DNA of 64,000 nucleotides from Candidatus Hydrogenedentota bacterium (GTDB taxonomy: Bacteria > Hydrogenedentota > Hydrogenedentia > Hydrogenedentales > SLHB01), in the NCBI GenBank assembly GCA_963674865.2, contig CAXXYE010000003.1, positions 96,001 to 160,000 on the forward strand, given 5' to 3'. Below, in pieces: positions 18,147 through 27,456 of the stretch. Below the pieces are notes generated by a model that made no database searches, was not told where the DNA came from, and was given only the letters and a program-made list of their open reading frames with translations. Numbering within the stretch: the first letter of the stretch is position 1; each line of letters starts with the position of its first letter. Position numbers and translations under genes: made by a program.

Positions 18147-21100
18147 ATGGTGGAAGAGCTACGCATCCTGATGGCTGAGGATATGCTCACCGATGCGGAA
18201 TTGGTGATGTATCATCTGAAGAAGGGAGGGATCGTTTTCACCGCCAGGCGTGTGGAGACGCGCGAAGCGTTTATCGAGGAACTCGACGCCTTTGCGCCCG
18301 ATATCGTCCTATCCGACTACATGATGCCGCGGTTTACAGGCAGGGAAGCGCTTGAAATCGTCAAGGAGCGCCAGTCGTACACACCACTCATCATTGTTAC
18401 AGGTTCAATGAATGAAGAGACGGCGGTTGAGTGCATGAGAGGGGGAGCGGCCGACTACGTTATCAAAGAGCACCTGACGCGGCTTCCCATGGCCGTCATA
18501 AGCGCTCTTGAGGCCAAGGCCGTTCGTGCGGATAGGGAGCGGGCGCAAGACGGTCTTCGGGTCGCTGCCCGCGAATGGCGCGCTTCCTTCGACGCCATTA
18601 ATGAAGCCGTATCCCTTCTAGATGCTCATGGCGTGGTGCTCCGGTGCAACCAGAGCATGCGCGCCATGCTCGCCAGACCGTGGAAAGAGATCATGGGCAC
18701 GCCCATCCGGGAACTGCTGGCCAAAGCAGGTATAGGCCTCGACCTCGCTATGATCGCCCAGGCGCAGGAGCAGCGAGCGCGTCAACTGGCAACATTTCCG
18801 CACGGTGAACGCTGGATACACGCTTCCGTCGATCCAGTGCTCGACAAGGAACACGAAACGCTCGGAACGGTCCTCATTCTAGCTGACGTGACCGAGCGCA
18901 AGCGAGCGGTGGAGCGGATTGACCATCTGAACGTGGTACTGCGCTCGATCCGAAACGTCAACCAACTCATTACGAAAGAGAAAGACCTGGACGCGCTTCT
19001 CAAGGGGTGTTGTGACGCCTTGGTTAGCCAGCGCGGCTACTCCCATGCCTGGGTAGTCTTGTTCAACGACGCCGGGGAGTTCAGAACGGCTTCGGAATGC
19101 GGACTTGGCCAGAGCTTTGACGTGCTCAGGTCAGACTTCGAGCGGAACCAGTTATCCGAATGCGCTCGAAACGCCTTACTCGCCGAAGACGTTCCTGTCA
19201 TCACTGAGGCCCCGAAGGACTGCTCGGACTGCCCGCTCTGCGAGACGAAGAATGGCTACGACTCCATGGCCATCCGCATAGCGTACGACGACCGCATCTA
19301 CGGCGTCCTTTGCGTAGCCTTGCCCCCAGGCATTGCCCACGATCAGGAGGAATGCTCGCTGTTCTCCGAGGTAGCCGGTGATATCGCCTTTGCTCTCCAG
19401 AACATGCGTCTTGAGGCCGAGCGTGTGGCGGCGACCCGCGAAATCCACGAACTCGCGCGTTTCCCTAGTGAGAACCCGAATCCTGTAATGCGAGTTGGTG
19501 AAGACGGCACCGTCCTCTACGCGAACGAGGCCGCTTGGCCTTTGCTAATGACCTGGCAGACAAAGGCTCAAGGGACACTGCCCGAGCAATGGCTCGATGT
19601 TATACGGCAGACGCTGGAATCCGGCAGCACGTTCCGGACGGAAGAGTCCACCGGCGATGGCGCCTATGCCCTCGCTTTCGCCCCCGTTAGGGCTTCCGGC
19701 TATGTAAACATCTATGGCATGGATATAACCGAGCGAAGAGGCGCTGAAAAAAGGCTCGAAGCAAGTCATAGGTTATTGAGGGTGCTGTATGGGCCGGATG
19801 ACGTGCGGGCTTTGCTGGAACGATTTCTTGATGAAGTACGTGATGTGACTGGTTGCAGCAGTCTTGGCGTCCGCCTGTTGGATGAAGAGGGGAATCTTCC
19901 CTTTGAAGTTCTCCGTGGACTCGACAGAGAATTCTGCAATGGCTGCCGTCCGCTCTCGATAGGCAGCGCGCGATGCGTTTGCGCCAACGTCGCCAGCGGG
20001 AGGACTGACCCCGCGCTGGACTACTACACGGAGGGCGGGTCATTTGCCGTGAACGATGCGGGAGATTCGGCCGACGCCCTCTCCCATTACGGCTTCGACG
20101 GCGCGCGAAAGGCTTGTCTGGAGGCCGGTTATCAGTCCATCGCCATCATTCCGATCAGGAGCGGGCGAATTACGCAAGGCGTGCTCTACATCGCCGATGT
20201 CCGCGAGAACATGCTGCCGCGAGGAATGGTACACGTGCTTGAACGTGCGACCACACAGCTCGGGGGGACGCTCAGCCGCATGCGCACAGAGGCCGAAAAC
20301 GCGCGACTGGTGGCGGCTATCGAACACGCCGGAGAGGCAATCCTCGTTACCGATGCCGGGGGCGTGATCCAATACGTCAATCCTGCCTTTGAGCGCATCA
20401 CCGGCTACCATCGGGAGGAAGCCTCCGGAAATACGCCGCGAATGCTCAAGAGCGGCAAGCAATCGCAGGCATTCTATGAAGAGCTGTGGACAACCATCCA
20501 AGGGGGAGACGTCTGGAGCGGCCGGCTTGTTAACAAGAGGAAGGACGGGAAGCTCTACGAAGAAGAGGCCACCATTTCTCCCGTCTATGATGGCAAGGGG
20601 CAAATCGCCCACTACGTCGGCGTGAAGCGTGATATTACCGAACAGGAAACACTTGAGCGGAGGCTCCGACAGGCTCAGAAACTCGAGGCTATTGGGACAC
20701 TCGCCGGCGGCATCGCCCATGACTTCAACAACGCCCTCGCCGCCATTGTCGGCTACACGCAGATGTGCGCTGAAGAGTTGCCCGAGGACAGCACGCAACG
20801 CGCCGATTTGGACCACGTTCTCGCGGCGGCGAGAAGGTCCACGGACCTGGTGCGCCAGATACTCACCTTCAGCCGGCAGGTGGAGCAGGAACGCACCCCT
20901 ATCCGGCTTCACCACATCGTCAAGGAGACTATCAAGCTGCTGCGTCCGTCGCTTCCTGCCACGATACAGGTCAGCGAAAACGTGGACACCAAGTGCGCCC
21001 CTGTTCTGGCCGACCCGACTCAGATGCACCAGGTCTTGATGAACCTGTGTACCAATGCCTACCATGCAATGCGAGAGGGCGGAGGTACGCTCACCGTGCA

Positions 21101-21815
21101 GCTCGAGTCCTTTTCAGTTGACGAGGATTTCCTCACGAGGCATCCCAGCCTCCAGGTGGGGCCGCACGTGAAGCTGACGGTTTCCGACACGGGCCATGGT
21201 ATGGACCCGCAGACGATGGCACGGATCTTCGATCCTTTCTTCACGACCAAGAACAAGGGGGAAGGCACCGGTTTAGGCCTGGCCACCGTCCACGGTATTG
21301 TCCAATCTCACGGGGGCGAGATCGCGGTTGCCAGTAAGCCCGGTGCGGGGAGTGAGTTTGAGGTCTACCTGCCTTGCGTTGTGGCGGAGCGGGCCGAAGA
21401 GCATCTCGATAGAGCGCCCATTCGAGGCGGGCATGAGCGCATCCTCGTTGTCGACGATGAACAGGATATTGCGGAAATGACGGCCAAGACATTGCAGAAG
21501 TTCGGCTACGAGGCCGTTCCGGTGACAAGCGGCACCGAGGCGCTGGCGGCTTTCAGCGCCGACCCCGACCTCTTCGATCTGTTAGTCACTGATTTCACGA
21601 TGCCGAAGATGACCGGCGATGTTCTGGCCAAGGAGATACATCAACTGCGTCCGCGCGTGCCCGTCATTCTTACCACGGGATTCAATGAAAAGGTGTCGCC
21701 CGAGACGGCGGGAGAGCAAGGATTCGCCGCCATGCTCATGAAGCCTGCCGATGCCCATCAAATCGCCCGAACCGTGCGTGAAGTTCTGGATCGAGCAGCA
21801 GAGGAGAAATCATGA
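18147..21815 (+). CDS. Hybrid histidine kinase REC-PAS-GAF-PAS-GAF-PAS-HisKA-HATPase-REC
   Basis: N-terminal REC (ILMAED, LSDYMMP), H-box LAGGIAHDFNN, NLCTNAYHAM, FDPFFTTK, GTGLGLA, C-terminal REC (LVVDDE, VTDFTMP); RBS GGAGGTGA before ATG 18147. Confidence 0.92.
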   Translation: MVEELRILMAEDMLTDAELVMYHLKKGGIVFTARRVETREAFIEELDAFAPDIVLSDYMMPRFTGREALEIVKERQSYTPLIIVTGSMNEETAVECMRGGAADYVIKEHLTRLPMAVISALEAKAVRADRERAQDGLRVAAREWRASFDAINEAVSLLDAHGVVLRCNQSMRAMLARPWKEIMGTPIRELLAKAGIGLDLAMIAQAQEQRARQLATFPHGERWIHASVDPVLDKEHETLGTVLILADVTERKRAVERIDHLNVVLRSIRNVNQLITKEKDLDALLKGCCDALVSQRGYSHAWVVLFNDAGEFRTASECGLGQSFDVLRSDFERNQLSECARNALLAEDVPVITEAPKDCSDCPLCETKNGYDSMAIRIAYDDRIYGVLCVALPPGIAHDQEECSLFSEVAGDIAFALQNMRLEAERVAATREIHELARFPSENPNPVMRVGEDGTVLYANEAAWPLLMTWQTKAQGTLPEQWLDVIRQTLESGSTFRTEESTGDGAYALAFAPVRASGYVNIYGMDITERRGAEKRLEASHRLLRVLYGPDDVRALLERFLDEVRDVTGCSSLGVRLLDEEGNLPFEVLRGLDREFCNGCRPLSIGSARCVCANVASGRTDPALDYYTEGGSFAVNDAGDSADALSHYGFDGARKACLEAGYQSIAIIPIRSGRITQGVLYIADVRENMLPRGMVHVLERATTQLGGTLSRMRTEAENARLVAAIEHAGEAILVTDAGGVIQYVNPAFERITGYHREEASGNTPRMLKSGKQSQAFYEELWTTIQGGDVWSGRLVNKRKDGKLYEEEATISPVYDGKGQIAHYVGVKRDITEQETLERRLRQAQKLEAIGTLAGGIAHDFNNALAAIVGYTQMCAEELPEDSTQRADLDHVLAAARRSTDLVRQILTFSRQVEQERTPIRLHHIVKETIKLLRPSLPATIQVSENVDTKCAPVLADPTQMHQVLMNLCTNAYHAMREGGGTLTVQLESFSVDEDFLTRHPSLQVGPHVKLTVSDTGHGMDPQTMARIFDPFFTTKNKGEGTGLGLATVHGIVQSHGGEIAVASKPGAGSEFEVYLPCVVAERAEEHLDRAPIRGGHERILVVDDEQDIAEMTAKTLQKFGYEAVPVTSGTEALAAFSADPDLFDLLVTDFTMPKMTGDVLAKEIHQLRPRVPVILTTGFNEKVSPETAGEQGFAAMLMKPADAHQIARTVREVLDRAAEEKS

Positions 21816-23821
21816 GCTCAGTGCCGACACGCCCTGAGATGCCGCAAGACGAGGCCACGCACAAAGGAGCGAGAATACTTGTCGTCGACGATGATGTTCC
21901 TGTGGCCACGTTGCTTGCGCGGCAACTTGAGCGCATGGACTATGCGCCTAGTGTTGCCCACGATGGGCGTTCGGCGCTGGAGTTAATGGGCGAGGAGCCC
22001 TTTGAAGTGGCGCTGATCGATCTTGTCATGCCGGATATGGACGGCATCAGCGTTCTCAGAGCTATGGCCGAAAGCGATTTCGACACGGTAGGCATCGTCG
22101 TATCCGGCGCGGGAACGATCGGTGGGGCCGTCGAGGCGATGAAAATCGGTGCGTTCGATTTCGTCGAGAAAGGCTCCGGACTGAATGACCTCCGGGGCAC
22201 TATCGAGCGCGCCATCCGGCATCGCGAACTGAAAAGCCATGACCGCTACATGACACGGGCGGCCCAGGAGTGGGAGACGACCTTCAACGCCGTGTCGGAT
22301 CTCATCGCAATCATAGACGGCGAGCACCGCCTCGTGCGCGCTAACAAAGCCATGGCCGATAGACTCAAATGCGCGCCGGATGAAGCTGTCGGCTGTACGT
22401 GCTACGAATCACTGAATGGCATGTCCGCGCCCCCGGCGGAATGCCCTCATGTGCTTTCCATGCGCGACGGACAGGAACATACCGCCACCATCTACGATGA
22501 ACGAATGGACGGCTACTTTCTCGTGAGCACCTCGCCGCTGCTCGACGGCGCCGGCCGGCCGCTGGGAACTGTCCACGTGATGCGGGACGTCACGGCGCAG
22601 AAGCGCATTGAGCAGGAGCTGCGCCTGGCGCATGCGGAGACGGAGAAGCTACTCGCCTCCATGTCTTCGTTTCTGATAGCGGTGGACGGCAACCTGAAAG
22701 TGACACGGTGGAATGCGGCAGCGGAGATAGCGTTCGCTGTCAAAGCCGAACAGGCTATCGGGAAGGACCTGAAGGAATGCGGAATCAAGTGGAATTGGGA
22801 CACCATACGCAACCAGCTCGATGCCTGGCTTCGCGGAGGTGAGCCGATTCGACTCGGTGCCACAAAATATGCCCGGCCCGATGGCTCCGAGGGATTCCTC
22901 GGGATCACCGTTAATCCCGTACGGAATGGCGATGCGACCCTTTCGGGGTTCTTCCTTCTGGGCGCGGACATTACTGAGCGGCTCAGTCTCGAGACCCAGC
23001 TTGTCCACGCCCAGAAGCTGGAATCGATTGGCCGGTTGGCCGCGGGCATTGCCCATGAGATCAACACGCCCATTCAATATGTTGGAGACAATACACGTTT
23101 CCTTGAGGATTCCTTTGGCGACCTCCTGCGCCTGCACGCGAAACAGGCCGAGGTGGCCCAAGCCGCGGAGGAGGGTGCGCCCGATCCGAGCCTTATCGAG
23201 GCGTGCAAGGCGCTGGCCGATGAGATCGACGTAGCCTATCTCAATGAAGAGATCCCGAAGGCGATTAGCCAATCCCTGGAGGGGGTGGAGCGAGTCGCGA
23301 AGATCGTGCGGGCCATGAAGGATTTCTCGCATCCGGGCACGGGCGAAAAGGCGCCCTGCGACCTCAACAAGGCCATTGAGAGCACAATTACCGTGGCGCG
23401 CAACGAATGGAAATACGTGGCCGAGGTCGTCACGGAGTTTGACTCGAGTCTTCCGCTGGTGGCGTGTCTGCCGGCCGAGTTTAACCAGGTTATACTCAAC
23501 ATCATCGTCAACGCTGCTCACGCAATCGCCGACGTGGTCGAGGAGGACAGTCAAGACAAGGGCGCAATCACCATCCGGACGCGGCAAGAGGGCGACTGGG
23601 CCGTTGTGAGCATCAGCGATACAGGCACCGGCATTCCCAAAGAGGCGCAGGGGGCAATCTTTGATCCCTTCTTCACCACGAAGGAAGTCGGCAAAGGCAC
23701 GGGACAGGGCTTGGCAATTGCCCGCAACGTGATCGTCGACAAGCACGGCGGTACACTGACATTTGAGTCTGAACAGGGCAAAGGGACGACGTTTGTGATC
23801 CGTATGCCGATCGAGGTGTGA
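21812..23821 (+). CDS. Histidine kinase REC-PAS-PAS-HisKA (NtrB-like)-HATPase
   Basis: ILVVDDD, LIDLVMP, H-box LAAGIAHEINTPIQY, NIIVNAAHAI, FDPFFTTKEVGKGTGQGL; ATGA overlap with the previous gene. Confidence 0.92.
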   Translation: MSSVPTRPEMPQDEATHKGARILVVDDDVPVATLLARQLERMDYAPSVAHDGRSALELMGEEPFEVALIDLVMPDMDGISVLRAMAESDFDTVGIVVSGAGTIGGAVEAMKIGAFDFVEKGSGLNDLRGTIERAIRHRELKSHDRYMTRAAQEWETTFNAVSDLIAIIDGEHRLVRANKAMADRLKCAPDEAVGCTCYESLNGMSAPPAECPHVLSMRDGQEHTATIYDERMDGYFLVSTSPLLDGAGRPLGTVHVMRDVTAQKRIEQELRLAHAETEKLLASMSSFLIAVDGNLKVTRWNAAAEIAFAVKAEQAIGKDLKECGIKWNWDTIRNQLDAWLRGGEPIRLGATKYARPDGSEGFLGITVNPVRNGDATLSGFFLLGADITERLSLETQLVHAQKLESIGRLAAGIAHEINTPIQYVGDNTRFLEDSFGDLLRLHAKQAEVAQAAEEGAPDPSLIEACKALADEIDVAYLNEEIPKAISQSLEGVERVAKIVRAMKDFSHPGTGEKAPCDLNKAIESTITVARNEWKYVAEVVTEFDSSLPLVACLPAEFNQVILNIIVNAAHAIADVVEEDSQDKGAITIRTRQEGDWAVVSISDTGTGIPKEAQGAIFDPFFTTKEVGKGTGQGLAIARNVIVDKHGGTLTFESEQGKGTTFVIRMPIEV

Positions 23822-23838
23822 AACGAGAGCGAAGTGCA

Positions 23839-24978
23839 ATGAAGAAGAAGATCCTATTCGTTGACGACGAAGCCGACATACGCGAGATGTTGCGGCGTAT
23901 GCTGCGAAAGCAGCAAGACGTTTGGGACATGCGTTTCGTTGGCTCGGCCGCAGAGGCGCTGGAGGCCGTGCAGGCGAACTCTTTCGACGCGATAGTCTCG
24001 GACGTCAGAATGCCGGGAATGGACGGATTCGGCCTGCTCGAGAGGCTGCGCGCCGACGAGAAGACCAAGGATATACCCATCATTATCCTGACGGGCGAAG
24101 GTGAGCCAAGTCTCAAGCGACGCGCGCTGGATATGGGGGCTACAGACCTCCTGAATAAGCCGTGCGATCATGAAGATCTTCTGGCGCGGGTTCGAAATGT
24201 CCTTCGCATAAAGAGCTATGAAGACAGATTGAGGCTCCAGAACGAAGTTCTGGAGCAGCGGGTTCGTGAGCGGACCTCCGAGCTTGAGGAATCGCGCCGG
24301 GAGATCATATGGCGCCTGGCAAAAGCGGGAGAATACCGCGATGATACGACCGGCGATCATATCGCCCGGGTCGGCTACTACAGCCGCCTGTTGGCGCAGG
24401 GCATAGGACTGGAGCCCTCTGTCGTCGAGATGGTCTTCCTGACGAGTCCCCTCCATGATATCGGGAAGATCGGCGTTCCCGACAGCATTCTCCGCAAGAA
24501 GGGGCGTCTGGACCCTTCTGAGCGGACTACCATCGAGCGCCACCCCGCCATTGGCACGAGTATCCTGACGCAGGCGTCCAAAGGCATGGATGCCTTCCTG
24601 GCGTGGCAGTATGAAGAAAGCTCAAGCGGCCAGCCCGATATCCACAATCCTCTTACTGCCATGGCTGCGTCCATCGCGCTCAATCATCATGAACGGTGGG
24701 ATGGTAGGGGCTACCCCGGCCGCCTCTCCGGCGCGCAGATACCCATCGAAGCACGAATCGTGGCCTTGGCCGATGTCTACGATGCACTGAGTTCCGACCG
24801 CCCCTACAAGCCGGCCTACCCCGAGGAAAAGGTCCTGGCTATCATACGGGACGAGGCCGGGCGCCACTTCGACCCCGGTATCTGCCAAGTCTTCGAGGAG
24901 GCTATTGACGAGATTCGCGCCATTGGAAGGCAGTTTCCGGAGAATATCGGCCACGAACGTGCGAGGACGGCGAAATGA
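23839..24978 (+). CDS. REC + HD-GYP cyclic-di-GMP phosphodiesterase (RpfG-like)
   Basis: REC (FVDDE, VSDVRMP, LNKP); TGDHIARV, LHDIGKIG, HHERWDGRGYP, ADVYDAL.SDRPYK are all intact. Alternative GTG start at 23818. Confidence 0.92.
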   Translation: MKKKILFVDDEADIREMLRRMLRKQQDVWDMRFVGSAAEALEAVQANSFDAIVSDVRMPGMDGFGLLERLRADEKTKDIPIIILTGEGEPSLKRRALDMGATDLLNKPCDHEDLLARVRNVLRIKSYEDRLRLQNEVLEQRVRERTSELEESRREIIWRLAKAGEYRDDTTGDHIARVGYYSRLLAQGIGLEPSVVEMVFLTSPLHDIGKIGVPDSILRKKGRLDPSERTTIERHPAIGTSILTQASKGMDAFLAWQYEESSSGQPDIHNPLTAMAASIALNHHERWDGRGYPGRLSGAQIPIEARIVALADVYDALSSDRPYKPAYPEEKVLAIIRDEAGRHFDPGICQVFEEAIDEIRAIGRQFPENIGHERARTAK

Positions 24979-26186
24979 AACGAATCCTGTTCGTTGACGA
25001 CGAGCCGAACATCCTCGCTGGGCTCAAGAGAATGCTCCGCCCTATGCGTAGTGAGTGGGATATGACCTTCGCGGGAAGCGGGCAAGAGGCCCTGGCTATC
25101 ATGGAGAAGCAACCCGTTGACATCATCGTCACCGACATGCGCATGCCCGGCATGGACGGTGCCGCGGTACTCAACGAGGTCATGAACCGCTATCCGAGCA
25201 CCGTCCGGTTCATCCTTTCCGGCCAGTCCGACAAGGAGACGATACTCCGCTCCGTGGGCCCTGCCCACCAGTTCATCGCCAAGCCGTGTGAGGCAGAAAC
25301 GTTGAAAGCCACCGTTGACCGCGCCTCAGGACTGCGCGATCTCCTGTCAAACGACAACCTGACCCAGCTCGTTTCTCAGATGCCCTCCCTTCCGCCGCGC
25401 CCCGAGCTTTACACGCGTCTCATGGAAGAACTCCAATCGCCCGACTGCTCGGTTGGCGCCGTGGGACGCATCATTGAATCCGATGTCGGGATGACCGCCC
25501 AGATCCTCCACTGGGCCAACTCCGCCTTCTTCGGTGTGCGGCAGAACGTGTCCAATCCCGTTCAGGCCACCAGCCTACTGGGATTGGATACCATTCGGGC
25601 GCTTGTCCTTATGGTGGGGGCCTTCGCTCATGCTTCCGAGTCGAAGTTTCCTCCGCTGTTCTCCTTTGAGGTCTTCTGCCAGCACAGCATGGCCGTCGGG
25701 GCCTACGCCCAGGCCATCAGCAAGAGTCAGGGAGTAGATGATAAGGAGGTGAACAACGCCTTCACCGGGGGCATTCTGCATGACGCCGGGCGCTTGGTGC
25801 TTGCCGTTAATGCCCCCGCCGATTACAGAGAGGTCCTCCGCCGCATCCAGGAAGAGCATGTCCCGATTACCCAGGCGGAGCAAGATGCCTTCGGATGCAC
25901 CCATGCCGCGGTTGGCGCCTATCTCCTGGGCCTTTGGGGCATCCCTGATTCCGTCGTTGAGTCTGTTGCCTTCCATCATCGCCCAAGCGACTGCCTTGCC
26001 AATGCATTCGGCCCGCTAACGGCCGTCCACGTTGCTAATTGCCTCGAATACGAGGGCCGCCCCGGCGGTGAAGAGGAAGTCCATCTGCAACTCGATGCCG
26101 GATACCTGGCCGCCCTCGGCCTGGATGAGAAGCTATCGGCCTGGCGTCAGGTTTGCCAGGAAATCGGGAAGGGAAAGGACGAATAG
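24975..26186 (+). CDS. REC + HDOD domain protein
   Basis: REC (FVDDE, VTDMRMP, IAKP); HDOD motifs LPPRP, ANSAFFG, HSMAV, GILHDAGRL, THAAVGAYLLGLWG.P, FHHRP. Confidence 0.9.
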   Translation: MKRILFVDDEPNILAGLKRMLRPMRSEWDMTFAGSGQEALAIMEKQPVDIIVTDMRMPGMDGAAVLNEVMNRYPSTVRFILSGQSDKETILRSVGPAHQFIAKPCEAETLKATVDRASGLRDLLSNDNLTQLVSQMPSLPPRPELYTRLMEELQSPDCSVGAVGRIIESDVGMTAQILHWANSAFFGVRQNVSNPVQATSLLGLDTIRALVLMVGAFAHASESKFPPLFSFEVFCQHSMAVGAYAQAISKSQGVDDKEVNNAFTGGILHDAGRLVLAVNAPADYREVLRRIQEEHVPITQAEQDAFGCTHAAVGAYLLGLWGIPDSVVESVAFHHRPSDCLANAFGPLTAVHVANCLEYEGRPGGEEEVHLQLDAGYLAALGLDEKLSAWRQVCQEIGKGKDE

Positions 26187-26189
26187 CAG

Positions 26190-27359
26190 ATGAACGAAAA
26201 GGTGCTCTTTGTGGACGACGACCCCAACATCCTCGCCGCCTACACGCGCCAACTCAAGAAGGTCCTCAGCGTTGAGACCGCTGTCGGCGGCCAAGCGGCC
26301 CTCAAGCTCATGGCGGAAACGGGCCCCTTTGCCGTAGTGGTGGCAGACATGATGATGCCGGGAATGGACGGCATTCAGTTTCTCATGCGAGCGAAGGAAC
26401 ACGCACCCGATACCGTGCGGATGATGCTCACTGGACATGCCAACATACAAACGGCCGTTGAGGCCGTCAATGAGGGCAACATATTCCGCTTCCTCACCAA
26501 GCCCTGTCCCGCCGAGGCCCTCGTCCGTGCGCTGGCGGACGGCATCAGTCAGTACCGCCTTGTCACCGGAGAGCGGAGCCTGCTCGAAAACACTCTCAAC
26601 GGCAGCATCCAATTGCTTACAGAGGTTCTTTCCATGGTGGACCCGGACGCCTTCGGGCGCGCGATGCGCCTTCGCGAAATCGTCCAACCTCTTGCCATAG
26701 CCATGGGAATCACCGACACCTGGGATATCGAACTGGCCGCCATGTTCTCCCAAATTGGCTTCGTGACCATCCCATCTGAAGTTGCGGAGAAATGCCGCGC
26801 AGGCGAAGCGCTGGACGCAGCCGAGGAAGAAATGATCCTCTGCGTTCCTGAAACCGGCGAGAAGCTTCTTGCCAATATCCCCCGGCTTGAAACCGTTGCT
26901 CAGATGGTGCTCTATCAGAATAAGAGCTACGACGGATCGGGCTTTCCACGCGACGAGGTAGCCGAGAATCACATCCCCCTGGGATCCAGAATTCTCAAGG
27001 CGGTGGCGGACCTAAGCGACATCACCGACTCAGGCGCAACTCGACAGGAAGCCGTCGAGCAAATGCGCGAACAGAGAGGCCGGTATGACCCCGCTGTTCT
27101 GGAGGCAATCGCCGCCCTGCCTGATGAGGACAGCTCTGAAGGAGAGGCGTCCTCTGTCAAGGTGCTGGAGGTCCCCGTGGCCGATCTGCACATTGGCGAC
27201 GTCCTTGCCGCGGATCTCCAGACTGTCGATGGACGCCTCCTCATTGCCACCGGAAACGAGGTCACTCAAGTCGTCATGGCGCGGCTTGGAAACTATGCCA
27301 AGGTCGTAGAGATTCAGCAGCCTGTTAGGATTATGCGAAGGGCGGTGGCCAGGAGATAG
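26190..27359 (+). CDS. REC + degenerate HD-GYP-like domain protein
   Basis: REC (FVDDD, VADMMMP, FLTKP); AAMFSQIG replaces LHDIG and YQNKSYDGSGFP replaces HHERWDGxGYP. Confidence 0.85.
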   Translation: MNEKVLFVDDDPNILAAYTRQLKKVLSVETAVGGQAALKLMAETGPFAVVVADMMMPGMDGIQFLMRAKEHAPDTVRMMLTGHANIQTAVEAVNEGNIFRFLTKPCPAEALVRALADGISQYRLVTGERSLLENTLNGSIQLLTEVLSMVDPDAFGRAMRLREIVQPLAIAMGITDTWDIELAAMFSQIGFVTIPSEVAEKCRAGEALDAAEEEMILCVPETGEKLLANIPRLETVAQMVLYQNKSYDGSGFPRDEVAENHIPLGSRILKAVADLSDITDSGATRQEAVEQMREQRGRYDPAVLEAIAALPDEDSSEGEASSVKVLEVPVADLHIGDVLAADLQTVDGRLLIATGNEVTQVVMARLGNYAKVVEIQQPVRIMRRAVARR

Positions 27360-27456
27360 GCAAGCGAACCAGGCAGATGCGGGCTGCTCCTGCATGCAAC
27401 ACCAGTCCCGAACGCACCAATTGCCGTCGCTGTAAGGCCCCCCAGGAGGATAGTAC

